Part shown: positions 8,951 through 18,362 of the stretch, in pieces
How positions within the stretch are numbered: the first letter of the stretch is position 1
How the letters are laid out: every line of letters starts with the position of its first letter
Source of the DNA: an uncultured Actinomycetota bacterium
Lineage (GTDB): Bacteria > Actinomycetota > Actinomycetes > Mycobacteriales > Mycobacteriaceae
Assembly (NCBI GenBank): GCA_963758115.1
Contig: CAVWUG010000010.1
Span: 136,237 to 200,236 of the forward strand
Direction: 5' to 3'
Length of the DNA: 64,000 nt
Notes under the pieces: generated by a model
Seen by the model: only the letters and a program-made list of their open reading frames with translations
What the model was told of the DNA's origin: nothing
Databases searched by the model: none
Made by a program: the position numbers and the translations under genes

Positions 8951-11134
8951 TTACTTCGTCTTACGGAAGACGAGCAACGCCCGACCGGGAAGTGAAACCT
9001 CGTCGCCGTCGCTGACGACCAGCTCTACCGAGCCGGAGGCATCGGTGGTGTCCAGAACCGCGGTCCACTCCTTGGCGTAGTCGTCATTGGGAATCACGAA
9101 ATCGACCTCGTGGTCGTGGGCGTTGAAGCACATCAGGAAGGAATCGTCGACTACCCGTTCGCCGCGGGAGTCGGGCTCGGGAATGGCGTCGCCATTGAGG
9201 AACACTGCGACGCTCTTGCCGAATTCGCCTCCCCAGTCCTGATGCTGCATCTCCTTGCCCGCCGGTGTCAGCCAGGCGATGTCGCGCACCTCGTCGCCGC
9301 TGCGGATCGGCTCGCCGTCGAAGAACCGGCGGCGCTTGAACACCGGGTGGGCTTTGCGCAACGCGGTGACCTTGCGGGTGAACTCGAGCTGGTCGCTGTT
9401 CTTGTCGACCAACGACCAGTCCATCCAGGACAATTCGGAGTCTTGGCAGTAGACGTTGTTGTTGCCGCTCTGGCTGCGGCCGATCTCGTCGCCGTGCGAG
9501 ATCATCGGCGTGCCCTGGCTCAGCATCAGCGTCGCGATGATGTTGCGCATCTGCCGGCAGCGCAGATCCAAGATCTCCGGGTCGTCGGTCGGGCCTTCGA
9601 CACCGCAGTTCCACGACCGGTTGTGGCTTTCGCCGTCCCGGTTGTCCTCGCCGTTGGCTTGATTGTGCTTCTCGTTGTAGGACACCAGGTCGTTGAGCGT
9701 GAACCCGTCGTGCGCGGTGACGAAATTGATGCTGGCGCTGGGACGTCGGCTGCTCGCCTCGTAGAGGTCCGACGACCCGGTCAGCCGGGACGCGAACTCG
9801 CCCAGTGTCGCGGGCTCGCCCCGCCAATAGTCACGCACAGTGTCGCGATACTTCCCGTTCCACTCGGTCCACAAACCTGGGAAGTTGCCGACTTGGTAGC
9901 CGCCCTCGCCGATGTCCCACGGTTCGGCGATCAGTTTGACCTGACTGACCACCGGATCTTGTTGCACCAGATCGAAAAACGCGCTCAGCCGGTCGACGTC
10001 GTAGAACTCGCGGGCCAGGGTGGACGCCAGGTCGAAGCGGAAGCCGTCGACGTGCATCTCGGTCACCCAGTACCGCAGCGAGTCCATGATCAGCTGCAGG
10101 GTGTGCGGGTTTCGGGCGTTGAGGCTGTTACCGGTACCGGTGAAATCCTTGTACAGCCGCAGATCGTCATCGATGAGCCGGTAGTAGGCGGCATTGTCGA
10201 TGCCGCGGAAGTTGATGGTCGGCCCGAGCTGGTTACCTTCGGCGGTGTGGTTGTAGACCACGTCGAGGATGACCTCGATGCCTTGCTGGTGAAAAGCCCG
10301 GACCATCGATTTGAATTCGGTGACCGCGCCTCGGACGCGCCGGTTGGCCGCGTATTGGTTGTGCGGAGCGAAGAATCCGAAGCTGTTGTAGCCCCAGTAG
10401 TTTCGCAGACCCAGTTCCAGCAGCCGATGGTCGTGCATGAACTGGTGGACGGGCATCAACTCGATCGCGGTGACATTCAGTGATTTGAGGTGCTCGATGA
10501 CCGCCGGGTGAGCGAGGCCGGCGTAGGTGCCACGAAGTGCTTCCGGGACTGCGGGATGATTCTGGGTCATCCCTTTCACGTGCGCCTCGTAGATGACGGT
10601 CTCGTGGTACGGCGTGCGCGGCGCGCGATCGGTGGCCCAGTCGAAAAAAGGATTGATCACCACGCTGGTCATGGTGTGGCCGAGGGAGTCGATCTGCGGC
10701 GGCGTGCCGGTCTCGGTAGGGTCCTCGGCTGCGACCTCCAGGTCGTAGGAGAACAGCGCCTGGTCGAACTTGAACTCCCCGTCAAAGCACTTGCCATACG
10801 GATCGAGCAATAGCTTGCTGGGGTCGCACCGGTGGCCTGCCGCCGGATCGAACGGCCCGTGGATGCGGAAGCCGTAACGCTGGCCGGGGCTGACGTTGGG
10901 TAGGTACGCGTGCCACACGTAGCCGTCGACCTCGTCGAGCCTGATCCGGAATTCCCGGCCGTCTTCATCGATCAGGCACAGCTCGACTTTGTCGGCGATT
11001 TCGGAGAACAACGCGAAGTTGGTGCCGCCGCCGTCGAAGTTCGCGCCGAGTGGGTAGCTACTTCCTGGCCACACGGTCGGCAAGGGGGGTGGAGTTGCCG
11101 CGGCGCCATTGTTCGGGTCTGACGGGGGCATCAC
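8951..11134 (-). CDS. treX: glycogen debranching enzyme (GlgX/TreX)
   Basis: GlgX motifs YPLGANFDGGGTNFALFS, YWGYNSFGFFAP, ILDVVYNHTAEG, DGFRFDLAS, IAEPWD. 727 aa. Confidence 0.93.
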   Translation of the reverse strand: MMPPSDPNNGAAATPPPLPTVWPGSSYPLGANFDGGGTNFALFSEIADKVELCLIDEDGREFRIRLDEVDGYVWHAYLPNVSPGQRYGFRIHGPFDPAAGHRCDPSKLLLDPYGKCFDGEFKFDQALFSYDLEVAAEDPTETGTPPQIDSLGHTMTSVVINPFFDWATDRAPRTPYHETVIYEAHVKGMTQNHPAVPEALRGTYAGLAHPAVIEHLKSLNVTAIELMPVHQFMHDHRLLELGLRNYWGYNSFGFFAPHNQYAANRRVRGAVTEFKSMVRAFHQQGIEVILDVVYNHTAEGNQLGPTINFRGIDNAAYYRLIDDDLRLYKDFTGTGNSLNARNPHTLQLIMDSLRYWVTEMHVDGFRFDLASTLAREFYDVDRLSAFFDLVQQDPVVSQVKLIAEPWDIGEGGYQVGNFPGLWTEWNGKYRDTVRDYWRGEPATLGEFASRLTGSSDLYEASSRRPSASINFVTAHDGFTLNDLVSYNEKHNQANGEDNRDGESHNRSWNCGVEGPTDDPEILDLRCRQMRNIIATLMLSQGTPMISHGDEIGRSQSGNNNVYCQDSELSWMDWSLVDKNSDQLEFTRKVTALRKAHPVFKRRRFFDGEPIRSGDEVRDIAWLTPAGKEMQHQDWGGEFGKSVAVFLNGDAIPEPDSRGERVVDDSFLMCFNAHDHEVDFVIPNDDYAKEWTAVLDTTDASGSVELVVSDGDEVSLPGRALLVFRKTK

Positions 11135-11177
11135 TCGACCTTAGTGGCGAGGGTCCGGATCTCGCCGTCCGGGCGCG

Positions 11178-13337
11178 TCACCACCAACCGGTGGCGGCCG
11201 CGATCTGTCGACCCATCTCGGGTGTCAACGTGCGCATGTAGGTGGCGGAAAGGTGATGAGCGTCGTGATACACCAACACATTTCCCTCGACGGCACGGCA
11301 GATATCGCGTCGGCAGACCGCATCGCTCATATCCAGCGGCTTGAGCATGGGAAACTGCCCGACGAAGTCGAGGGTGGTGTTGTGGTCGGACAGCACGTCG
11401 GATCGTCTGATGCCGCAGGACTCCGCGTCGCCGCCCTTGGCCAGGCAGTCCGACGGGTTGAACGGTTGTTTGTCCTTGACCAGCCACGGCGTGTCGCGCA
11501 TGGCCAGAATCGGAATGTTGTTGTCGGAGAACGCTTGCCAGATCCCGACGTAGGTGCCCGGCATCACGTCACCGGGCTTGATGTTCCAGGGCCGGGTCGA
11601 CGTGGTGAACACGTAGTCGGGGTGGTCGGCGATGACCTTGGCCATCGCCTTGGGCACCCAGTCGCGGCACTCCGGATACGGGTCGTTGTTGCCCATCACC
11701 CGCGGCATTTTCTCGGTGGACAGCGCGCAGCCCATCTTGAGGTAGGTGGTGACCTTGAAGTGGTGCTTGCGGCCCAGGATGTCCAGCGCGGTCAGCCAGT
11801 GTTCGGCATGCGAGCCGCCGGCCAGCGCGATGGTCCGGGTGGCGTTCTTGTCGCCATACGCGCACGTGATCACCGACGTGTCGAGGAAGTCGCTGATGCA
11901 ACCGTCGTGGGTGGACGGCGGGTAGTCGTCCTGGGCCTCCAGGACGGTCGGTCGCATCCGCAGTGCCGGTACCCGCATGTGATTGATCAAGGCTCGCGCG
12001 CCGGGATAGTCGTGCGGGTTGAGCGTCAGCAGTTCTTTGCCGTCGGCGCGTTCCACGCTGACATGCTCGCGCCAGGTGAACGCCGTCGCCGTGAGCGTGA
12101 CGCCGAGTAGCGCGATGACAGAACCCAGCACCAAGGTGGGCCGGCGCAGCCGTGTCCGCCAGGGCACCACCGGAGCGACCTCGCGTGTGGCGGCGGAGGG
12201 GCCACGCTGCCGCAGCGGCTCTTCGACGTAGCGGTTGGTCAGATAAGCCAGCACGCCCGAGATCAGCAGCACCGCTGTGCCTTCGGCGAAGTTGGCGTGC
12301 GTGTGGCCGGTGTAGGCGAGCCAGAAGATCAGCAGCGGCCAGTGCCACAGATACAGCGCGTAGGCGATCTCGCCGAGTCGCACCAGCGGTCCCGTCGCCA
12401 GCAGTCGGTTGGGCAACGGCAACGCGTCACCGCTGGCGCGGTTGGCGCCGGCCAGGATGAAGAGCAGGGCCGCGCCGACGGGAACCAGCGCCCACGGCCC
12501 GGGGAACTGCTTGACGCCGTCGATGAGCGCGCCGCAGGACAGCACCGCGAGCAAGGCGATCGTGGCGGCTGTGGTGCGCAGCCACATCGGCCAACGGACG
12601 TAGGGGACCAGTGCACCGGCCAGCGCGCCCAGCAGCAACTCCCACGCGCGGGCGAAGCTGTCGTAGTACGCCGTCGACTGGCTGGCCTGATGGGCGATGA
12701 TCGCGTAGACGAAGGACGCCACCGTCAGCGTGCTCAGCAACAGCACGAACGCCGTCCGCAGCCGCTTGCCGAGCCGGCGCCGAAGCAGAAACGCGAACCC
12801 GAACACCAGCGCCAGGAACGCGATGTAGAACTGGCCCTGCACCGACATCGACCAGATGTGCTGCAGCGGACTGACGGCCTCGCCGGCCCGCAGATAGTCG
12901 GCCACCGTGCTGGCCAACTCCCAGTTCTGGTAGTAGCCGAGGCTGGCCAGGCTCTGGTCGGCGAAGGTCTCCCACCGGGTCTCCGGCTGGATCAGGACGG
13001 TCAGTACCGCGCCGGCGGCCAACACCACCACCAGGGCCGGCAGGAGTCGTCGAACCAGCCGGATGACTTCGGGCACCGGCGCCAGCGAGGACGCCGGATT
13101 GAGCGCCGCGCGCAGCAGTTTCCCGCCGAAGAAGAAGCCCGACAGAGCCAGGAATACATCCACCCCGCCGGAGACGCGCCCGAACCACACATGGAACATC
13201 GCGACCAGCGCGATGGCGATGCCGCGCAGCCCGTCGAGATCGAGGCGGTAGAAGCCGGCTTTCCGGTCTCCTGCCTCAGCTTGGGTGGCGTCCGAAACGC
13301 CGGCGGCGGCCGGACGGGTCGGGGAGATGGTCATCAT
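11178..13337 (-). CDS. acyltransferase-3 family membrane protein with C-terminal SGNH-like domain (Rv1565c-like)
   Basis: N-terminal LDGLRGIAIALVAMFHVW plus about 10 hydrophobic segments, then a soluble roughly 300-aa C-terminal domain. Confidence 0.85.
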   Translation of the reverse strand: MMTISPTRPAAAGVSDATQAEAGDRKAGFYRLDLDGLRGIAIALVAMFHVWFGRVSGGVDVFLALSGFFFGGKLLRAALNPASSLAPVPEVIRLVRRLLPALVVVLAAGAVLTVLIQPETRWETFADQSLASLGYYQNWELASTVADYLRAGEAVSPLQHIWSMSVQGQFYIAFLALVFGFAFLLRRRLGKRLRTAFVLLLSTLTVASFVYAIIAHQASQSTAYYDSFARAWELLLGALAGALVPYVRWPMWLRTTAATIALLAVLSCGALIDGVKQFPGPWALVPVGAALLFILAGANRASGDALPLPNRLLATGPLVRLGEIAYALYLWHWPLLIFWLAYTGHTHANFAEGTAVLLISGVLAYLTNRYVEEPLRQRGPSAATREVAPVVPWRTRLRRPTLVLGSVIALLGVTLTATAFTWREHVSVERADGKELLTLNPHDYPGARALINHMRVPALRMRPTVLEAQDDYPPSTHDGCISDFLDTSVITCAYGDKNATRTIALAGGSHAEHWLTALDILGRKHHFKVTTYLKMGCALSTEKMPRVMGNNDPYPECRDWVPKAMAKVIADHPDYVFTTSTRPWNIKPGDVMPGTYVGIWQAFSDNNIPILAMRDTPWLVKDKQPFNPSDCLAKGGDAESCGIRRSDVLSDHNTTLDFVGQFPMLKPLDMSDAVCRRDICRAVEGNVLVYHDAHHLSATYMRTLTPEMGRQIAAATGWW

Positions 13338-13394
13338 GATTGACAGACAATCTACCCAACCCGCCGACCGTCACGGATGGTCAACAAGTCGCGG

Positions 13395-13892
13395 TCAGGA
13401 CTCCAGGATGCGAGTCAGGTACGGCACCATGCCGCTGGTGCGCGCCGGCGAGACCGTGACCGCCGGATCGGTGGCCTCGATCATCTGGTTGTTGCCGAGG
13501 TACAGCGCCACGCTTTGAGTGCCGCCCGGCCCATAGCAGAGCAGATCGCCCGGACGTGCTTGAGCCGGAGTGACTTTGCGGCCGACGTTGCACTGCTCGG
13601 CCGACGTGCGCGGCATCTTCACACCGGCGCCGGCGTAGGCGTACTGGATCAGGCCCGAGGCGTCGAAGCCCACGATGTTGGCTTTCAGTCCGGTGCCGCG
13701 GGTGGGGCCGGCGGAGTCGCCGCCGCCGTACAGGAACGGCACGTTGCGCTGGGTCAGCGCACGCTGAATCACGTAGTTGGTCGACTGCTGATAGCCCACC
13801 AGGGTGGGGCCAGTCGGGTCGGCACCTGCGTTGGCCATGGGAAGCGTCAGCAACAGGGCCAGGCTCAGCGGAACGGCGTAGCTGCGTTTCAT
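13395..13892 (-). CDS. ripD: secreted NlpC/P60-domain protein, RipD-like (catalytic Cys and His substituted)
   Basis: Signal peptide MKRSYAVPLSLALLLTLPMANA. NlpC/P60 core reads FDASGLIQYAY and SVALYLG where active enzymes have FDCSG and HVxIY. ATG 13892 is preferred over GTG 13901 because the SD GAGAGG sits 8 nt upstream of it. Confidence 0.8.
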   Translation of the reverse strand: MKRSYAVPLSLALLLTLPMANAGADPTGPTLVGYQQSTNYVIQRALTQRNVPFLYGGGDSAGPTRGTGLKANIVGFDASGLIQYAYAGAGVKMPRTSAEQCNVGRKVTPAQARPGDLLCYGPGGTQSVALYLGNNQMIEATDPAVTVSPARTSGMVPYLTRILES

Positions 13893-13902
13893 GTCGATCA
13901 CC

Positions 13903-14095
13903 TCTCTGTGGCGTCAGCGCGGTGACTTCGCGCGTCCGCCGACATTCCCTGCGATTCACCGCGGAGCCGTGTGCGTTGGCCCGCCCCGTTGGGGGCCGCA
14001 CGCCGAGTCGTCGCCGACGTGAGTCCGACGGTGAACCGTTGAAATTCACAACAGTCACTACGGACACTGTGGCAACAAATGACCGTGGGAGCCAC
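13903..14095 (-). promoter_or_regulatory. structured 5' leader of the ripD-like gene; candidate ydaO-type (c-di-AMP) riboswitch
   Basis: About 300 nt ORF-free leader. The minus strand reads ACGGGGCGGGCCAAC ... GCGGUGAAUCGC ... GCGCGAAGUCACCGCGCUGACGCCACAGAGAGG. These resemble remembered conserved blocks of the ydaO motif, and the last block runs into the SD. Confidence 0.35.
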
Positions 14096-14197
14096 CGAAA
14101 AAGCGCTGGAAGAGGGATTTTTTGTCGTACCGTGACCGAACGGTGATCGCTTGACCGTCACAGCCTTGAATTGCTGGGCGCAGTTGTGATTTCGCTC

Positions 14198-14605
14198 TCA
14201 CCCGACGACGGCGTCACCGTTCCAGTAGGTGCCGGCGTAGGCGGTCAGCAGTGATCCGGCCACCGAACAGATCAGCACGATGGCGATCGACAACAGCGGC
14301 CAGAACGACAGGTACCAACCTTTCAGCAGCGACACCACCGGCCCGATCACAGCAGCCGCGACCGCGGCGCCGATGCCGCCCCACACCACCGGGAAAATGT
14401 AGAAGTCGACGCCGAACGGCACCGGCGCACAGTCGTCACCCGTGCAGACGTCCTTCATGAAGCCGAAGAGCGACGAATACCAGTCCGTCGCAAAGACGAT
14501 GAACACCAGCAGCGCCAGCAACGCGAACAGCGAGCTGACGTCCCAGGGGACCAAACGGAGCCGCAGTACCGGCGGCGGGGATTCAAATTGTTGCGGCGTA
14601 GCCAT
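14198..14605 (-). CDS. small integral membrane protein (Rv1567c-like position)
   Basis: Three or four hydrophobic helices. Start trimmed to ATG 14605 (MATPQQFE...) to avoid overlap with bioA, which is divergent. Confidence 0.6.
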   Translation of the reverse strand: MATPQQFESPPPVLRLRLVPWDVSSLFALLALLVFIVFATDWYSSLFGFMKDVCTGDDCAPVPFGVDFYIFPVVWGGIGAAVAAAVIGPVVSLLKGWYLSFWPLLSIAIVLICSVAGSLLTAYAGTYWNGDAVVG

Positions 14606-14696
14606 CGTTGCCCAATGGTGCCGGATACCGCAGTTTTCTGCGACCGAACGCGCTGTCCGACGAGCGTGCTGGGTGGCTGCTTTACCCTCGACCTTT

Positions 14697-16013
14697 ATGG
14701 CCGCGGCGACCCCCGGGCTCACGCCCGAGCAGATCAGCGCTATCGACGCGGCTCACCTATGGCACCCGTACAGCACGATCGGCGCGGAGGCAGTGGCCCC
14801 CGTGGTGGCCGTCGCCGCGCATGGCGCCTGGCTCACGCTGGTCCGCGACGGCACACAAGTCGACGCAATCGACGCGATGAGCTCCTGGTGGACGGCGATT
14901 CACGGCCATGGCCACCCGGTGTTGGACGCCGCAGTAGCCGCGCAGGTGTCGACGATGAGCCACGTCATGTTCGGCGGCCTCACTCACGAACCCGCCGCCC
15001 GGTTGGCCCAGCTGTTGGTCGACATCACCCCGGCGGGGCTGGAGACTGTGTTCTTCAGCGACTCCGGGTCGGTGTCGGTGGAAGTCGCCGTCAAGATGGC
15101 GCTGCAGTACTGGCGCAGTCGCGGACGGCCCGGCAAGCGGCGGTTGATGACCTGGCGGGGCGGCTACCACGGCGACACCTTCACACCGATGAGCGTGTGT
15201 GACCCCGATGGCGGCATGCACTCGTTGTGGACTGACATCTTGGCGTCGCAGGTGTTCGCCCCGCAGGTGCCTCGCGACTACGACCCGGCTTACAGCGCGG
15301 CGTTCGAGACGCAGCTGGCCGATCACGCCGACGAGCTCGCGGCTGTCGTCGTCGAGCCGGTGGTGCAGGGGGCAGGCGGAATGCGCTTCCACGACCCGCG
15401 TTATCTGACCGACCTGCGGGAGATCTGCGATCGCCACGACGTGTTGCTGGTGTTCGACGAGATCGCCACCGGGTTCGGGCGGACCGGTGAGCTGTTCGCC
15501 GCCGACCACGCCGGCGTCAGCCCCGACATCATGTGCGTCGGCAAAGCGATGACCGGCGGCTACCTCAGCATGGCCGCGACCCTCTGCACCACCGAGGTCG
15601 CGCACACCATCAGCGCCGGGGAGGCCGGCGCGCTGATGCACGGGCCTACCTTCATGGCCAACCCACTGGCCTGCGCGGTGTCGGTGGCCGCGGTCGAACT
15701 GTTGCTCGGCCAGGACTGGCGTTCCAGAGTCGCCGAGATCAGCGCCGGGCTGACCGCGGGCCTGCAGCCGGCGCGGACCCTGCGGGGCGTGACCGACGTC
15801 CGGGTGTGCGGAGCCATCGGTGTCATCGAATGCGACCATCCCGTGGACCTGGCGATCGCCACGCCCGCCGCACTGGACCTCGGGGTGTGGCTGCGGCCCT
15901 TCCGCAATCTGGTGTACGCCATGCCGCCGTTCATCTGCACTCCGGAGGAGATCGCGCAGGTCACCTCGGCGATGGTGGAGGTGGCTCGAATCAACGGCTC
16001 TCGTAAGATTTAG
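14697..16013 (+). CDS. bioA: adenosylmethionine-8-amino-7-oxononanoate aminotransferase
   Basis: [26 protein letters not shown] matches the mycobacterial BioA N-terminus. Class-III aminotransferase motifs are present ([24 protein letters not shown]). The ORF-track 523-aa form is an upstream extension. Confidence 0.95.
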   Translation: MAAATPGLTPEQISAIDAAHLWHPYSTIGAEAVAPVVAVAAHGAWLTLVRDGTQVDAIDAMSSWWTAIHGHGHPVLDAAVAAQVSTMSHVMFGGLTHEPAARLAQLLVDITPAGLETVFFSDSGSVSVEVAVKMALQYWRSRGRPGKRRLMTWRGGYHGDTFTPMSVCDPDGGMHSLWTDILASQVFAPQVPRDYDPAYSAAFETQLADHADELAAVVVEPVVQGAGGMRFHDPRYLTDLREICDRHDVLLVFDEIATGFGRTGELFAADHAGVSPDIMCVGKAMTGGYLSMAATLCTTEVAHTISAGEAGALMHGPTFMANPLACAVSVAAVELLLGQDWRSRVAEISAGLTAGLQPARTLRGVTDVRVCGAIGVIECDHPVDLAIATPAALDLGVWLRPFRNLVYAMPPFICTPEEIAQVTSAMVEVARINGSRKI

Positions 16014-16017
16014 CGCG

Positions 16018-17163
16018 ATGACGCAGATCGACACTTCACCACTGGCCTGGCTGGAGACGCATGCCCAGCAGCGCCGGGAGGCAGGCTTGCGACGGGCGCT
16101 GCGGCCGCGTCCGCCGGTGGCGACCGAACTCGACCTGGCGTCCAACGATTACCTCGGCCTGTCGCAGCACCCGCACGTCATCGAGGGCGGAGTGGAGGCG
16201 CTGCGCACCTGGGGCGCAGGCGCAACCGGGTCGCGACTGGTCACCGGCAACACCCAGCTGCACGAGGAGCTGGAGTCCAGCCTCGCTGAATTCGTCGGCG
16301 CTGCAGCAGGTTTGGTGTTCTCGTCGGGATATACCGCTAACCAGGGCGCGGTCGTCGGGCTGTCCGGCCCGGGCTCGCTGCTGGTATCGGATGCCTACTC
16401 GCACGCCTCGTTGGTCGACGCCTGCCGGCTGTCACGAGCCCGGGTGGCGGTGACCCCGCATCGCGACATCGACGCCGTCGACGCGGCACTGGCGTCGCGC
16501 GACGAGGAGCGCGCCGTCGTCATCACCGAGTCGGTGTTCTCCACCGACGGAGCGCTGGCCCCGCTACGGGAATTGCACGACGTATGCCGCAGGCACCGTG
16601 CGCTGCTCATCGTCGACGAGGCACATGGCCTGGGTGTGCGCGGCGGCGGCCGCGGGCTGCTCTACGAGCTGGGGTTGGCCGGTGCGCCCGACGTCGTCAT
16701 GACCACCACCTTGTCGAAAGCGCTCGGCAGTCAGGGTGGTGCGGTGCTCGGGTCGGTCGCCGTGCGCGATCACCTGATCGACTCGGCCCGGACGTTCATC
16801 TTCGACACCGGTCTGGCGCCGGCCGCGGTCGGCGCTGCGCTGGCCGCACTGCGGGTGTTGACCACCGAGCCCTGGCGGCCCGACGCGGTGCTGCAGCACG
16901 CGGCCATGCTGGCGCAGGTCTGCGATGTAGCCACACAATCGCAGTCGGCGGTCGTGTCGGTGATCCTCGGCGCGCCGGAGGTGGCGCTGGCCGCCGCGAC
17001 GGCCTGCCTGGACGCCGGTGTGCGGGTGGGCTGCTTCCGCCCGCCGACGGTGCCGGCGGGCACGTCGCGGCTACGACTGACCGCCAGGGCGTCGCTGAAA
17101 CCGGACGACCTCGCGCTGGCCCGCACGGTGCTGACCGACGTGCTCGGCGTGGCACGGCGTTGA
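16018..17163 (+). CDS. bioF: 8-amino-7-oxononanoate synthase
   Basis: [20 protein letters not shown] and [11 protein letters not shown] (PLP lysine). ATG lies 5 nt after the bioA stop. Confidence 0.93.
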   Translation: MTQIDTSPLAWLETHAQQRREAGLRRALRPRPPVATELDLASNDYLGLSQHPHVIEGGVEALRTWGAGATGSRLVTGNTQLHEELESSLAEFVGAAAGLVFSSGYTANQGAVVGLSGPGSLLVSDAYSHASLVDACRLSRARVAVTPHRDIDAVDAALASRDEERAVVITESVFSTDGALAPLRELHDVCRRHRALLIVDEAHGLGVRGGGRGLLYELGLAGAPDVVMTTTLSKALGSQGGAVLGSVAVRDHLIDSARTFIFDTGLAPAAVGAALAALRVLTTEPWRPDAVLQHAAMLAQVCDVATQSQSAVVSVILGAPEVALAAATACLDAGVRVGCFRPPTVPAGTSRLRLTARASLKPDDLALARTVLTDVLGVARR

Positions 17164-17852
17164 CGGTTCTGGTCGTCACCGGGACTGGGACCGGGGTCGG
17201 CAAGACGATCGCCACCGCGGCGCTGGCATCGGCCGCCCGCCAGGACGGCCTCGCCGTCGCGGTCTGCAAACCCGTGCAGACCGGCACCGATGCCGGCGAC
17301 GACGACCTCGCCGAGGTGACCCGGTTGACCGGGATCAGCAAGGTCGTGGGTCTCGCGCGATACCCGCAGCCACTGGCGCCGCTGGCCGCCGCCGAACAGG
17401 CAGGCAAGCCGCTGCCCACCCGCGACAATGTGCTCACGATCATCCGCGCCGCCGACCGTCCGGGACAGTTGACGCTGGTCGAAGGTGCCGGCGGTCTGCT
17501 CGTCGAACTGGCCGAGGATGGTGTGACGCTGCGCGATCTCGCGGCCGATCTCGGCGCAGCCGTCCTGGTGGTGGCCACTGCCGAACTCGGAACCCTCAAC
17601 CACACCGCGCTGACAGTGGAATCACTTGCCGCACATGACCTTTCCTGCGCGGGTCTGGTGATCGGCAACTGGCCGCTCCAGCCGGGGGTGGTGGAGACCT
17701 CCAACAGGTCCGCGCTGGCGCGGCTGTCTCCGCTGAAAGCTCCGCTGCGTGCGGCGCTGCCCGCCGGCGCGGGAGCGATGAGCGCCGCCGAGTTCACCGC
17801 GATGAGCGCGCATGCATTCGACCGCCGCTGGCTGACCGCGCTGGTCGGCTGA
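17160..17852 (+). CDS. bioD: dethiobiotin synthetase
   Basis: [16 protein letters not shown]-loop N-terminus as in mycobacterial BioD. The TTG start overlaps the bioF stop (TTGA). Confidence 0.9.
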   Translation: MTVLVVTGTGTGVGKTIATAALASAARQDGLAVAVCKPVQTGTDAGDDDLAEVTRLTGISKVVGLARYPQPLAPLAAAEQAGKPLPTRDNVLTIIRAADRPGQLTLVEGAGGLLVELAEDGVTLRDLAADLGAAVLVVATAELGTLNHTALTVESLAAHDLSCAGLVIGNWPLQPGVVETSNRSALARLSPLKAPLRAALPAGAGAMSAAEFTAMSAHAFDRRWLTALVG

Positions 17853-18361
17853 TGGTGCATTCGGTCGAGCTGCTCTTCGACCGCGACACCGAGGCGGCAC
17901 TTCGTCGCATCTGGGATGACCTGGCCGATGCGGATCTGCCCGCTCGTGCCCCGGCCGGTCGGCCGCACGTGACGCTGGCGGTTGCCGAACGGATCTCACC
18001 CGACGTCGACCGGCTACTGCGGCCGATCGCTGCCCAGTTGCCGATTGCGTGCACCGTCGGAGCGCCGTTGCTGTTCGGCAGATCCAACGCCGTACTGGCC
18101 CGCCTGATCGTGCCGACGGCGGAGCTAGTCGCCGTGCATGCCGAGGTGCACCGAATCTGTGGCCCATACTTGCTGCCCGAGCCGATGCCGCACAGCCTGC
18201 CGGGCCAGTGGACCGCCCACGCGACGGTCGCTCGCCGAGTCGGCGGACCCCAACTCGAGCAGGCCTTCCAATTGGCCGGTCAGCCGTCCGAGATCCACGG
18301 CACGGTGACCGGTTTGCGCCGCTGGGACGGCACCGAATGCGTCGAGTACCAGATCCGTTGA
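17852..18361 (+). CDS. 2H phosphoesterase (LigT / 2'-5' RNA ligase-like) family protein
   Basis: Two H-x-T motifs (RPHVTLAV and AHATVARR). ATG overlaps the bioD stop (TGATG). 169 aa. Confidence 0.7.
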   Translation: MVHSVELLFDRDTEAALRRIWDDLADADLPARAPAGRPHVTLAVAERISPDVDRLLRPIAAQLPIACTVGAPLLFGRSNAVLARLIVPTAELVAVHAEVHRICGPYLLPEPMPHSLPGQWTAHATVARRVGGPQLEQAFQLAGQPSEIHGTVTGLRRWDGTECVEYQIR

Positions 18362-18362
18362 G

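Noticed and set aside
14442-14696. Upstream 85-codon extension of the bioA ORF (523-aa form in the track).
   Set aside because: The mycobacterial BioA N-terminus aligns from ATG 14697. The extension would overlap the divergent membrane gene and is compositionally odd.
16584-17968. Very long ORFs overlapping bioF/bioD in other frames (422 aa on the plus strand, 390 aa and 277 aa on the minus strand).
   Set aside because: Their translations are Arg/Pro/Ala-rich low-complexity sequences with no motifs. They overlap well-supported bioF and bioD. This is the typical stop-codon-poor artefact of a high-GC genome. The same reasoning applies to 9110-10483 (antisense to treX), 26048-27034 (antisense to bioB), 37207-38370, 55113-56558 and similar ORFs.
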